From Chlorokybus atmophyticus (lineage: Eukaryota > Plantae > Mesostigma and Chlorokybus algae): DNA of 64,000 bases. Positions within the stretch are counted from its first letter, which is position 1, and every line of letters starts with the position of its first letter. The notes below the pieces were generated by a model, which saw nothing but the letters and a program-made list of their open reading frames with translations, made no database searches and was not told where the DNA came from. The position numbers and the translations under genes were made by a program. The stretch is taken from assembly GCA_009103225.1 (NCBI GenBank), contig RHPI01000277.1, positions 20,652-84,651 on the forward strand, read 5' to 3'. Positions 51,301 to 64,000 of the stretch are shown piece after piece.

Positions 51301-52350
51301 CTGGCAATGCTCAGAGCGGACTTGAGCCTTGTAGGTGGAAGCCAGTAGCTGGCTCAGAACTTCTGGCGACCGCGCATAGTGCTGTTGCTTCCACATACAG
51401 GCTGTAGGTGTGGCCTACCGAACTCCTTGTCTCTTTCATGGCAATGTGTGCAAAAATGCATTCTTCGTACAGGCCGCGCACAAGTGAGCGCGCACAGCAA
51501 AGTACGCATCAGCTGAGAGACCAGCCATGACTCAAATTGCAAGGGCAGTTTACAGTCTGGCGCAAAGCACTTCAACGACACATGCAGCCTGACTGTGTTG
51601 AGCATGATCCAGCCATGCCCCACGCAATCTGTGGTTGTATGGCTGGCATATGTGAGGAGGAGTGGCAAAGGCGAGCTTTATATTACTACCACTGCCTGAG
51701 GCGTGATGAGTAAGAGGAGGAGAGGCAGTCCTCGGCTTCAGCATGGATTAGCTGCTCGCCGTCAAACACGAAGTGCTGCAATGTGCTGAACAGCATAGGC
51801 TGCCTCAGCCGTGCCTGATCAAGGCTTGGCTACCACTGTCAGCGAGCTTGCAAGCTCGTCGGGTCATGCCCATCCGCTACTCGCATAAAGCACTCTTGCA
51901 CACACAAACGAGACGAGATAGCCGCTGATATGATTAAACGGACTTGGGTAGCAGGCCCATGCTCAGCAGTGCACTATCCTTATACAAGACGCTGCCAGTC
52001 AGTGGCGACAGCAAGCTCACGACGCACCTCGCAGGCATGAACAGACCACCACCGCCGCCGAGGCAACATCTCCTCCTTCCTCCTTGCGTCAGAGCGCCTG
52101 CCGTGTCCCACCCATCACCGACACGGACAACGACAAGAACGGCGACAATAGCGATAGCGCCGCCCCCGCTGCTCCACAACTAGACTGCTCCACCGCGTGG
52201 TAAGCCTAAACGAAGAGCCACTGCTGCTGCCAAGCTGCTGCCAAGCTTAGACCTAAACATACCTTTTTAGCTGCACAGCCCCCACCACTGCCACTGCCTT
52301 TATTCTGCCTAGCTGCGCAAGTTATGGCTGTGCTAAACCCGCGCCAGTTG
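48330..52350 (-). repeat. Family-2 tandem unit E (decayed gene-like unit)
   Basis: Colinear with F and G at ~49810/60480, 49880/56325, 50270/56630/61790, 51255/57825/63155, 51655/58195/63525 and the GAG|GTGCGT donor at 52027/58501/63884. Confidence 0.8.
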
Positions 52351-52384
52351 TGACCGAAATCGTTATCGAATTATGATTGCCAGT

Positions 52385-52710
52385 GAGGCAAGTCGCTGCC
52401 GACTTCGTCCTTACCGACGGGCCTACCCGTACTGCAGCAGTAGTACGACACTACCGAGTACTGCTGCAGTGTGATACTAGTAGTGCTGCTGACTGGGCGC
52501 TAGGGTCGGTCCCCTACTTCATCAATAACATGACAATAACGTCCCCCACAAAACGGAATGTAACCCTACATGGAAGCTTGCGCTGCGGCAGTTTCGCGCC
52601 AGCCGTGTGCGTCTGGCTTGTCGCTTGCGTCCATTGCGTCCATACGCGCACGGCTCGAGCCGCAGCGATTATATGGGAGGCAATTGAAGTATGATGCTCC
52701 GCTGCGTGAG
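52385..52710 (+). promoter_or_regulatory. Module M in reverse orientation plus family-1-like first exon, upstream of family-2 unit E
   Basis: The reverse complement of 52540-52605 (cggctggcgcgaaactgccgcagcgcaagcttccatgtagggttacattccgttttgtgggggacg) aligns to U3/U6 module M. Also ggcaagtcgc at ~52388 and a donor-like ctgc|gtgagt at ~52705. Confidence 0.7.
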
Positions 52711-52759
52711 TCAGCTGAGTACATCACACACAGCAGTATGTGCATGTTGAGTAGACACA

Positions 52760-55700
52760 TTGCCGACCCCTGAAGAAACCATTATTGTAGGTGCTCATGT
52801 ACATGTATGCGACTTCCTTTGGTTACAGATCGATATGCAGGGGCACCCTCAGTCACATGGACTCATTAACCGATTTGATGCAACTGAATGCATTTGACAC
52901 CCACCACAGCTGCATCAAGGTGCTAGCTGATGCACAAGCCATCAAGCGTCAATATTCCGTAGCAGTTTAGGCAGTCCAATGGTTATAAGTGCGCATATCC
53001 AAGTGTCCAGCTTCCTTGGGAAAGGGGGCTGCACTCATTGCCGCCTCGGGTTGCATGGTGCGCCTGGACACATGACGGTTTGCTGCAAGTGAGCGCCTGC
53101 CGTTGGCTTCTGCATGTCCATCTGGTTGCTAACACAACTTGTTGCAGCAGCTACTTGCTATGCAGAGGGTCTTTGCTCATCGTACTGTGTGTCGTCATGA
53201 CAAAATTGGTGATCACCTACTGCCAAATCGCACGCGCCCTGTGTACAGGATCGCACAATTTGCATGTGCAAGCATACAGCATCGCACACATTGTTAATGT
53301 ATGGCACGAGCACAGCATGCGCTCCACTGCCAGAAAACACACTGCATTCCACATATGCAGCAAACCACCTTTGTGCACCCCAGCCCGATCACCATCAAGC
53401 ACAAGTGTACCTGGCCAGCAGTGCAGAAGTCACTTGCGGTGCACTATAAGAGCATGTTGGTTGTACAGCCGACAGCGGGTGCGCCTGACACCGCTCTTAC
53501 CAGCCTTCACCCCGCCACTCTGTGAACACAGTTCTGCACTACCAACCAATGCCAATTGTGTGTAGCAGTCGTTAGTGATTGTCAGTTGTGACCTGCCATC
53601 ATGGAGGGTTGCTATGAGCTGTAGCACTGCGCACAGCGTGTGCGCGTGTCTCCATGTGCGTGCGTCTACAATTTCGTGCGTGTGTGTGCGCATGTACCTG
53701 CACGGTTTCCGCGTGTGCACATGTCAACATGTCTCTAATGCAACTGCACGACATGCATACGCTCAGCACGCCTCATGTGCAACTGCGTCCTCATTTGGAA
53801 CAGGGTGGGCTGCAGTCTTGACGCATGTCCGCCAAGTGACATGGTGCGCTCCTAACTCTCCGCAGCTGGGGTAGGTTGTCCAGCCCAAGTTGGCACATCC
53901 AGCAACCTGCCCAGCACGTTTCGGCATACATGTCAACCTGCTTCAGAGCACGACTTCATGAGTGTGTGACGACCACAGACCAATACAGCATTTACGGTCT
54001 TCAACTCAGCATGGTGAAGAAAGCAGGAAGTACGACTATACTGCACACTCACTAACATCAATATACATAGTCAGCTGGTGATACCACCTTTCACCAGGCA
54101 TAATGCAAGGTGGTGTCACCAGCTGACTACGTAAATTACTGTTACCGTTCACAAGGCAGGACCCCTTGTGCATGGTAACTCTACAAGTCACACGGCTGCA
54201 AAACCGCCTTCTTTGCCAGCAAAGCAGTACTCACACAGAGTGCCACATATCGGGTTACAGGGTGTGAGTGAGACACAGACACGCACACGCACTGCAGATT
54301 GCTTGTAAAACAGAAGTTTAGTTCTGGCATGGCATGTGCGCACATACTGCATGCTCATATACTCGAACAATGCATGGTAGGAAACACAGACACACAACTC
54401 AACAATCTGGCATGTTGAACATGCCATGCACGTGGTGTGAGTACCCTATCATACCTCTGTGGCAGAAGATCAAAGGGTAGTGTGGCTGCAATGTTTGGGG
54501 GGCACTCTACGCTGCCATCAAACAGTACGCTTGGGTCTGCTGCTGCCGTCGCAACGCCATGATGGTTAAGTACAGCTGCCACGCTGAAGCAATAGTACCT
54601 GTTGTCATATTACAACTCCCACAAACGAGCACTTACTACGGCTGCTCACACCTCAAGCACTGCAAAGAAGTCCAAAACCCATCTTGACATAACCGGATGG
54701 ATGGCATGCTTCCCCTGTCTGGCGAACATCCACCGCTTCCACTTGTTGCTCCGTGGGCCACTACCTGTGTGGCTCGCGGACACCCGCGAGTTCCATCAAC
54801 AACAGGTGGCTGTCCATGAACCCTATGACTCTTCCTTTGGGTGACGGTATGCTTCTCCTCCTCAGAGCATGTCACGCTGAGTACTGTTAGAGCTCGTAGC
54901 TATGCTGTAGCTACACACTGCACGCACGCAGCATCATTCTCAGAACGCGGGAGGCTTCAGTGTGCGTGCGAGCATTCAACATGCCCTCGGATTACAACAA
55001 AACGCAGTTGCGCTGGTGGCTGGCGCACGCTGCCAGGCATGACACTATATTTTAAGCTGGCTCGCAAATAGGCGGCCCATAGATGCTCATACGGACGAGG
55101 TCTAGTCGAGCGACCAGCATGGTCCTGGGCACAACAACCATGACTACACCATTGCAAAACAGTCACGTCACACGCAGGCAACGCGTACAGTTAGCCTGTA
55201 GTATCATGGTTTGTACTAACATCCAAGAGTGAGTCATGGCAGAAGCCAAGCGTCACACATAGCATGTGCAATTCATGCTTTGGACACAACTCACCCCATG
55301 ACATGGTCCCCTCCAAGTGCTTGCCGCAACTGTCAGGTGCAGCACCATCAAGTGTTACTTGTCCATGCCCAGTCACACATGACGGGGGCCACCGCATGGT
55401 GTTCAGCCAGCGTACCACGCGCAAACAACACAACGATTTATAAGATATGGATACGCAGACCACACAGCTGCATGTGCGACGCAATATGTATGGGAGTGAG
55501 TGTGCAAGTGTGACAACAAGAGTGAGTAAGACTTCAAACGAGGACGCAAATGTGTGTGTGTGCGTGTGTAATACACAGGGAGCATGTGTGCGTGCAGCCT
55601 CCCTGCAATCCTTGAAGGTTTAGTGCAAGCGCGGCATGTCGCACAGAGCACACAACTCGTTACCAGTTGTTACCAACACAACCAGCATACGGGCATTCTA

Positions 55701-58700
55701 ATGCTGTCTCGTATGCACGCCTACCCGCATCATACCAGCACGCGTATCCGTTGACACTCGACCATATGGCGCACACCTTGCTCCGCAGGATCCGTGCGTG
55801 TACCATGAAATTGGCCTCTTCTCCGCCGTGCATCTCCTCCCTGGTCGTGTGCCCTGAGATCATCAACTTACTTTTTGTGAGAATAGCATGTAAGCAGAAG
55901 TTGCATTACGCACTGCACTGGCTGACAACACGCGGTCTTGGCGTTTGTTAAACAGCTGTGACAGGCAATGCTGACGCAACACCAAAAAAAGACATCAAGT
56001 GCACAACAGCACTACTCTTGTTGCAGCTTCCCAGCTTCGCCGGTGCTAAGTTCGCTCGTTGTCACGCAATCGCTCTGCCCAGGGACCAACTTCATTCACT
56101 ACACCGCTTCATTGCAGTGCATGCACATCAAGAAGCCATGCGTGCTTATGAGTCTCTTTGACTAATAATCTTTGCACAGATAACCGTTGCTGGGTGGTGC
56201 AAGACAGCATCACAGTACGCAAAAGCTAGAAGAGTTGAGTTAGCAATGCATTCATGCACCAACTAACTGGACACAGAGCTCCCCCGCCCTCTCTCACATG
56301 CACGCGCACGCACGGTTGTCACATACTGAACTCCATGCTGGACTCCGAAACACTGCTAGTACGACGTACGACGGCACCATTGCACAGAGATGACAGCTTT
56401 CTATGGGTCACCTGTTGTCTTCGCATCCCCGTTGTAGTGTCAAGCTGAGCACACTTGGCGATGTGGTCTGCGCCAACCAACAGGCGTCATTGTCTATAGC
56501 GATTGGCTCGAGGCCACCAGTGCACGGTGCGAATGCCGCTATGCCACTGGCAAGACTTGAAAACACCCTGGCGCAGACAGCACAGAATGCAACACAGACA
56601 GAGGGTACGCGCTGATGGACATGAACGCATTGAGGATGCTTTTCACGTGTCATGTGGTTGTTAGATGTGAACGCGGCAGCCTCGCACGCTTTCATCGCGC
56701 GCATGTATAGTCACTGCAACACTCATCCTGTGCTCACAGGCATACTCGCTGACATGACTTGCAAGTGTGCACTGACCTCAGCTCGTGGAGGTATCTCGCA
56801 CCCAGACCCTCTGAAGCCTTTCGCAAGCTGGCGGTTTTTCGCAATCCTCTGTATGTAAAACAAGAGGGGCAATTCCGAACATGTTGGCAGGTATAACGGA
56901 TTCTGTCTGCAGCAGGGCAACACAGCTGACAATCTACAAGCAGCATGTTGAGTGAACGGAACTATAAGGTAGTGTTCCCACAGTCTTGTCGTGAGCCAGC
57001 CTCAACTGGTGGCACTCTTGTCCGATCAGGCGCAGCCTGTTGAAGTTGCTGTTGATTAGGCAGTCAGCAAGAAAGCCATCAACACATGAACTGAAACGGT
57101 ACTGCCACTGCGGATGACATGCTCTTGACCACGAGGAGTGTTGTGAGTCTTTCGCGAGGCTTCAAACTCCAACACTCATAAGCCCCGTGCACGTCTTTCC
57201 GTTTTGTAAGCTCATAGCTGGCCAGGCAATGCTGGCAAGACGCGCAACATGATCTGGTTGGGGTGCCCATGGCCAGCTCTCACCAAACCATCTGTGACAC
57301 TTTGTCTGCAATTTACGTAGCAGTGCTGACGGTCTTGACCGTGCGTGCATGAACATGTCAGTGTTCCACAGCGTTCACATGATGACCCTCACATGCTGCA
57401 TCATCTCCAGGCGCCATAAGCGTCTCCAGGCAGGAGATAAAGAGCAACTGTCATGGCAATGAAATAAGTCGTTGCAATGACCAATGACATTACTGTGGTA
57501 ACCCGGTAAGCACGGTGTTATCCATTCCCGCGAGTGGTATTATACGCGAGTGGTCAACAACAGTGTTGGTCCATTGGTCTGGCACTTCTGACCAGCTGCA
57601 GTTCATTGGCCAACTTGGCTGCAGACGTAGAGGGCCTTCTTGCCAAAAACTTGTGCAGGACTGCGAAGCGCATTGCACTTCACACGGATACTGACTAGAG
57701 AATTTTCACTGTCCTGGAAAGCAGTGAAAAGAAACTTGCCTTGGGGCAGAGAACACACGCACACGCACACGCATGTACATCCACACGCGCACACACAGTC
57801 AGCAGGAAGGTCATTGTTCAAGAGGGCAGCAGCAAACAGTGCAGTTGTACGCAGAATTTCTCACAGCGGCTCGCAACTGGCAATGCAAATCGGACTCGAC
57901 CATTGTCAGTGCAAGCCAGTAGCTGTCTCAGAATCTGGTGACCGCGCACAGTCCTGCGTGCTGTTGCCTCTGCAACAGCACGAAGCACGAAACTCTCTCT
58001 GCAGTAGGTGGCATATCAAACACCGTATGCATGCCTGCTCCTCACGTACATCACGCATGAATAAGGGCGCACAACAATGAGCATGCACTGAAAGGCCAGC
58101 AGCACTCATTGACACATGCAGCCTGATTGTCTTCAAGTTGAGCATATGTCAGCCATCATGGTGCCATCATGATGCTCCATGCAGCTGCTATGATCAACAA
58201 GGAGTGGCAAAAGCTAGGCGAGCCCTGTCAATCACATCACCTGAGGAATGATGAGTGTGTGGAAAGTGGTCCTTAGCTGCTTGCCATCCAACACGTACCA
58301 ATCGTATGCCATGCATGGATGCCTCTGGCAGCTTCAAATTCTTGTTGGGGGGACATGCCCATCCGTCACCTGAAGCAGTTTACGCACACTAACAACGGCA
58401 TGGCACCGACCCCAAAATGGGCTTGGTAGCAAGCCAGTGCACAGTCCTTACGCAGACTGCCAGTCAATGAGACCGCGTCAGCAAGCTCTCGTTTGACGCA
58501 CCTCCCACGCGTGAAACACACCACCACCCCGCCGCCGCCGGCGGGCACAACTATCACCATCGCCGGTGCCGCATCTCAATATGCCCTACTCAACGGAACG
58601 CCAATTGTCCCCAGCCGTCACCGACAACGACAACGACATCGCCGCCCATCACCACACTACAACCGCCGCTGAGCTTTGGTGCTGTGGCTCACAGCCTGTG

Positions 58701-58760
58701 GGGCATATATTGGCTGCGCACCGAATCGCACCGTAAGCCCTGTTGTAGGCCTAGCAGCAG
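52760..58760 (-). repeat. Family-2 tandem unit F (with ~2 kb of extra internal sequence)
   Basis: 52930-53040 matches E 48555-48660 and 55765-56200 matches E 48660-49080; the remaining blocks are as listed for E. Confidence 0.8.
54068..54129. repeat. Inverted repeat with 23-bp arms (1 mismatch) and a 16-nt loop
   Basis: tagtcagctggtgataccacctt / aaggtggtgtcaccagctgacta. Confidence 0.9.
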
Positions 58761-58864
58761 TACACACTATAAAGCCTAGCCAGCACGCTGTGCTACATCC
58801 GCGCGTGCAGCGGGCCTTTACGCCCTAGCAATCATGAATACATGATCGGCTTGTTGCTTCATCA

Positions 58865-59030
58865 TGAACAGAGGGCAAGTCGCTGCGAGTGCTTGGAGCG
58901 CATCTTCCGCCCCTAAATCAGAATGGCGTCCCCAAGGGGAATCTGCCGCAAAGCTGGCGGGCAAACGTGCCGGCCGTGTGCATGCCACGAGCTGAGTGTG
59001 GAGCAGCTTCAGCTCGTCGATGCTGTTTGC
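58865..59030 (+). promoter_or_regulatory. Module M remnant in reverse orientation plus family-1 exon-1-like sequence, upstream of family-2 unit F
   Basis: ggcaagtcgctgc, cgtccccaaggggaatc and gtgtgcatgccacgagctgagtgtggagcagcttcagctcgt match the reverse complement of U1 ~5527-5570 and its homologues. Confidence 0.7.
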
Positions 59031-59779
59031 GTGCGGAACACAGGCACGCACACGCAAGTCTCGTGCCATGCACGTGGTTTTTAAGTGTTACCCGATGTCC
59101 ATACTTTACGGGCATTGCATGAGGTTCAAGGGTCATGTGTGATGGTAATGTTTAGGAGGCGGTCTATGTCCCTTTTTGGCTTTTGGTCTTCAACAACCTG
59201 ATTGCAATCTGCAACATTGCAGACATTACATGAAGAGGCAAGCTCTTTGAAGTATAGCATATCAACCGGTTTCGATTGTAAACTTGTACACCGTACTTTA
59301 ATGTAACAGTACGGATGTTAATAATTTTACATACTCATCTGGAACCACGGCGTGCGATCATAGAGTTGTGAGCCACTACAACACACTCAACTTTAACCGA
59401 ATAGGTAATTGCTGGTGATATACACCCGTAAAACTTTGTAATAATAGTACGCTCAGCTACGATCATCGTGTAACAACGCTGATCTTTCTCAGAGTACGTT
59501 GTGCTATAAACGGTTAATTTTGACCGAGCATAGCTATGCTATATGCAATAGGCTATGAAATTAATTAATATTCGCACATAGCTCAGCAACTCAGTTTAAA
59601 CCTTACATTTACATTGCAATGCGACCCACACGCGCTGAAGCAAACAAAACTTGTCAGTTTATAATATTGTTAATTCAACTAGATTCGAAATCAATGGTAG
59701 CGTGTACCAACAGAGTGTAAACATTGGTGTGTACAAAAGGAAATGCCACACATAGCATACATAACATAGCATAGATGGC

Positions 59780-62700
59780 AATGGCATGCTACCAAACAAT
59801 GTCACACATAGCATACATAACATGCGTGGTAATCGCGTGACACACTACACAACTCCGTTAATAGGGCACTACTGGGCTAGCTTATCACTTCTCACACTAG
59901 TATATCTCTACATCTGCAACCACCAATGCCTCCTCCCCGCCAGGGCGTGCATGCAAGCAAGCGTAGTCATAATAACCACTTGTACGACACTCGTGCGTAC
60001 TACTATTGAGGTGCGAGTCATGGCAAAGGATGAGCATCATGTAGCATGTGTCATTTGCTGCTACTCACCCCATGACACTGTCTATCAAGCCGCTTGTGGC
60101 ACTGGCCGCACCTGTCAGGCGTAGCGCTCATGACGCCTCATGCAAGCTAAAAACAAACAAGTGTCGCTTCCATCAAATACAATGACTGGACAAAGAGTNN
60201 NNNNNNNNNNNNNNNNNNNNNNNNNNNNNNNNNNNNNNNNNNNNNNNNNNNNNNNNNNNNNNNNNNNNNNNNNNNNNNNNNNNNNNNNNNNNNNNNNNNN
60301 NNNNNNNNNNNNNNNNNNNNNNNNNNNNNNNNNNNNNNNNNNNNNNNNNNNNNNNNNNNNNNNNNNNNNNNNNNNNNNNNNNNNNNNNNNNNNNNNNNNN
60401 NCCCCCTCCCCCACGCATATGCACGCCCATACATGCAAGCGCACGCTAAGCGGTTGTTCAGACAGCGTGCAAATCAGCCCTGAGCAAGCGTGATAGCCAT
60501 CTGCAGTTCAGGTGGCAACGGTGCTGCAGCAATGGCTTTACTCATTGGACCAATACGCTGGTGAGGTGTACATCGGTGGCGTAGACCTTACTCCTTGTTG
60601 TCTTGTCTTCGCAGTTACGCAAGGCAATTTTATCGAACCCCAACACAAAAGATGTGAAGGCACAGACCGCAATGCATTCCTATAGAGTCACCACAAGCCA
60701 ACTTGACTACCTGACATCCGCAACCCAACTCTACTGAATCAATCACCTCGGCAATCAAGCCCCGATTTTGTCAAAAATCAGCACAACCGAGGCACCAATA
60801 CAGTGATGACCGAAGTGTGCGACGCCACAACCACATAACAATGTCAGTCAACCTTTCTCAACCGCCACATGTTCCTCACCTCACCCAGCATTGAACCACC
60901 GGCATGCAACAATGTCAGCTTGTTAACACATGCGCACCAGACCACCTTATGTACAAGCCAACCTGCTTGAGCCCTCTTCCCAACACCAAGCCCGTGCCGC
61001 AAGTGTTATGACATGCTTTGGACAGAAGCATCCACGATTCGATTGAATGGCAGCAACGAAGACTGCCTCACCCTAGGACGCATGCGGGTTACGCAGAAGC
61101 TTGTCCAGAAAATCATGAGTAACGTACTTCCGGTAGCTGGTAAGTCATCAGCTAAGTAATTGACTTGCTGCTGTCGCATTAGACTCCCCAATACCATTCA
61201 TGCCGCTGTCGGTTCGCTCTATCGCCAGCCGCTGGCGATAGAAGGGCCTTGGTACTGCCTTCGGCAACCATCCAGGAGAGGCCAATCTTCCTTGCTCCCT
61301 GGGTTGTGGCTTCTGAGTGCCACTCATTCGTGGCCAGCAGTGCCCCGAGAGGCGCGCGCACATGTGAAGCGGGAGCCTGTACGCAATGCCTCAAGCACCG
61401 AAGCAATATGCACCACCTGCAGTTCAAGACAACACCATCCGGTCCTTTCTAAACAACATTAGCACCAGGCGCTCGTACTGCGGCACGTACAGGCGGTCGG
61501 ACTGACAATCTGCTACAGGATGCACTTCATGCCCATGAACTGAACACATTGGGTGACATGGTCTGCGCACATGCACAGGGTCCAGTGTAATGACATTTGG
61601 TAAAGTCACCTGAAAGCACCAGTGCACAATGCTGCGAGATGCCGCTGTGCCAAGACATATGCAAGCCTTGATGGATACCACAGTGTTATTGTCGCAACGG
61701 CAGCAGCAACAGATTGTGAGAAGCGTATGTTCCACGCCTTGCGCTGACAGCACAGATGCAATATGGTCAAGGGTGCACGCTAATGAACTTTGTCATGAGT
61801 GCATGCGGAGGACTTATCACATGTCATGCGCTTGTCAGCATGTGAAGCCTCAGCCTCAGCCCCGCACGCTTTCATCGCGCGCCTGTATATTCACTGCAAC
61901 CCTTATTCATTGGTCACAGGCAAGGCATACTTACCGAGGTGACTTGCAAGTGTGCTTTGACCTCAGCTCGGGGTCATCTCTCACCTATCGCATGTGCTGG
62001 GACGTCCTCGACCCGTCTACAAGTTGGCGGTTTCCCACACCCTTCACTCTGCAAAGAGGGTACCAGGGTGGTCATTCCGAACAAGTCAGCAGCCTTGATT
62101 GACAACTTTACAGGCAAGACGTGACAACCCACCAGCAAGAATATGCTGTCGCGTGAACGTGATCACAAGGTAGTGGTCCCGCAGTGTTGTTGAGCAAAAC
62201 CAGCAGGTCAGCTGGTAGCACTCCTTGGTCCAATCAGGCACGTCCTGTTGATGTTGGTCAGGCATATATACATACAGCAAGAAAGAATTCATTGCACTAC
62301 TGACATGGTACTTCAATTGTGGGCGATAGATGCTTGTCCGCGAGGACAAACACACGCAAGCCACATGTCTTCCTGTTCACAAGTACACTGCTAGCACAGC
62401 AATTGTAACATGATGCGCAATATGGACTAGATGGTGTGCCACAGCCAGCTCTTACCGGACCATCTGTTGCCGCTGCGTCTGCATAACAGCGTGTGCATGT
62501 CCATCCACCCACGCATGCTGCATCACCTGCAGGCACCATGCTTATCCAGGCACGGCAACAGCAACTGTCATGCACTGACATGAGTCATGGTTTGTAAAAA
62601 CGTCATCACTTTGGCAAACCGTTATGCATGGCAGCCATTCACGCCAGTCTCGATACATGCGCGGTTGTGCAACAACTGGTACAGGCTGGAACAGGTGGAT

Positions 62701-64000
62701 ATGGTATGACCCTGCGTGCACAAGTGTCAGCCGTCATTGTCACCTGGACGTCATGAACAAGCATACCACGTGAGCCTGGCTGGTGTACATGTGCAAGCGT
62801 GAGCTTTGGCCTGCGCAGGCCTAAGATTATTTGCCTGTAATAAAACCGCCAGGTTAATCACACACTCGTACTTCTCACATGCAGTTTGAGGCCAACCCGG
62901 CACAATGCGAGGGACTTTTGCCCATACGACAAGCTTTTCCAGGACTGACCAGCGCATTGTACCTGAACCCTGAGCAGAGAGCGTGCACTGAGCTCAGCGA
63001 GCAGTGAATAAGAAAATCTTGCTGTCTTGCAGAGCCAAACACAAGTGCACTCACCTACAAAGGTGCACACATGCGCAGGTGGACACGCGCATGCGCACTG
63101 CACGCATCATGCACATACATGCACACAGCCTGCCAAACAATGGTGTTGATCAGGGCAGCAGCAAACAGTAGTTGCAGGCAGAATGAACGGATGGAGGTTT
63201 GGAACTGGCTGCTTGAATTGACTTGACCATTGTCACTGCAAGCCAGTAAGCTGACAGAGTCTGACGACTGTGAGCAATCTTGCGTGTCATTGCCGCCACT
63301 CTGTGTGCTGCGAGTGTGGCGTACCCAACTCCTCAGGACAGTGTCTTCTTTATGACAAGGTGCATGCCCTGCTTCTCATGTACACGCACTGCGCATGCGT
63401 GAAGGTGCATAACACAATGACCACCAGCACGCACGGAGTCCGCCGTGCATGTGTTGATGTGGAGTCTAGACTCAACATCAACACATGCAGCCTGATTCTG
63501 GCAGCCATGCAACCGCTGTGGCTGATAAGGAGGAGTGGGCAAAGCTAGCCTTCTCAATCATCACTACCTCAGGCGCGATGAGTGAGATTAGGTAAGTGGT
63601 CCTCAGCTTTGGCACGAATTAGTTGCTTGCCGATAATGAGCAGGCTGCCTCAGCCCTACCTGATGAAAGCAGGGCTGAGGCAGCCTTGGTCTCTACAGTT
63701 TAAAAGCCTCGATGGGACATGCCCAATTGTCACTCAGTGCTCCATGCGAGGGTTGTAGCTGCAAACAACTGCTTACAGCATCATATACGAGGTTGGGAGC
63801 ATGCCAATGCTCAGCTCAGCGCACAGTGTAAGTACAGACAGGCTGCAAATCAGTGAGTGAGACAGCGACAAGCTCTTGACGCACCTCACAAGCATGGACA
63901 CATCCACGGCGGCCAACACGACCTCCAGCGCTGGCGCGTAGCTTTCCGCCTGCGCCCGGCAGAGCACCGGGCGTCCCCACCGTTACCCACACGGATAATG
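59780..64000 (-). repeat. Family-2 tandem unit G (runs off the window)
   Basis: 60000-60130 matches F 55220-55350; downstream blocks match E and F. Private insert at ~60615-61530. Confidence 0.8.

Noticed and set aside
54602-54844. Plus-strand 80-aa ORF resembling a transposase N-terminus
   Set aside because: No zinc-finger or catalytic motif; the resemblance is only compositional.

Overview
Eukaryotic nuclear DNA from a draft assembly (about 8 N-gaps plus several single Ns), inferred to be a green alga from GT-AG introns, an intron-containing organellar gyrase A fragment and a Chlamys/Naiad-type Penelope RT. It has four zones. (1) 1-36.9 kb is a head-to-tail array of six diverged 3-8 kb units (family 1). 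Each unit is the remnant of a multi-exon minus-strand gene of unrecognised function, and the units are separated by AT-rich spacers. U1 and U6 are a recent pair, roughly 90% identical by eye. Several units carry private inserts of decayed host-gene pieces with splice sites (gyrase A, DDHD phospholipase, possibly Sec14/CRAL-TRIO, unknown exons). (2) 36.9-41.4 kb holds mobile-element remnants: a geminivirus-like HUH Rep fragment, a Ty3-like gag and a Penelope-like RT. (3) 43.1-47.7 kb is the only intact gene I can model: 13 exons, about 813 aa, a SAND-like plus PHD-Zn knuckle-PHD (PZP) chromatin reader. (4) 48.3-64 kb is a second tandem array (family 2) of three diverged minus-strand gene-like units. 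A conserved hairpin module sits upstream of units in both arrays, in opposite orientation. All protein family calls come from motif recognition by eye; no database searches were run. Most ORFs in the supplied track are low-complexity or gap artefacts.
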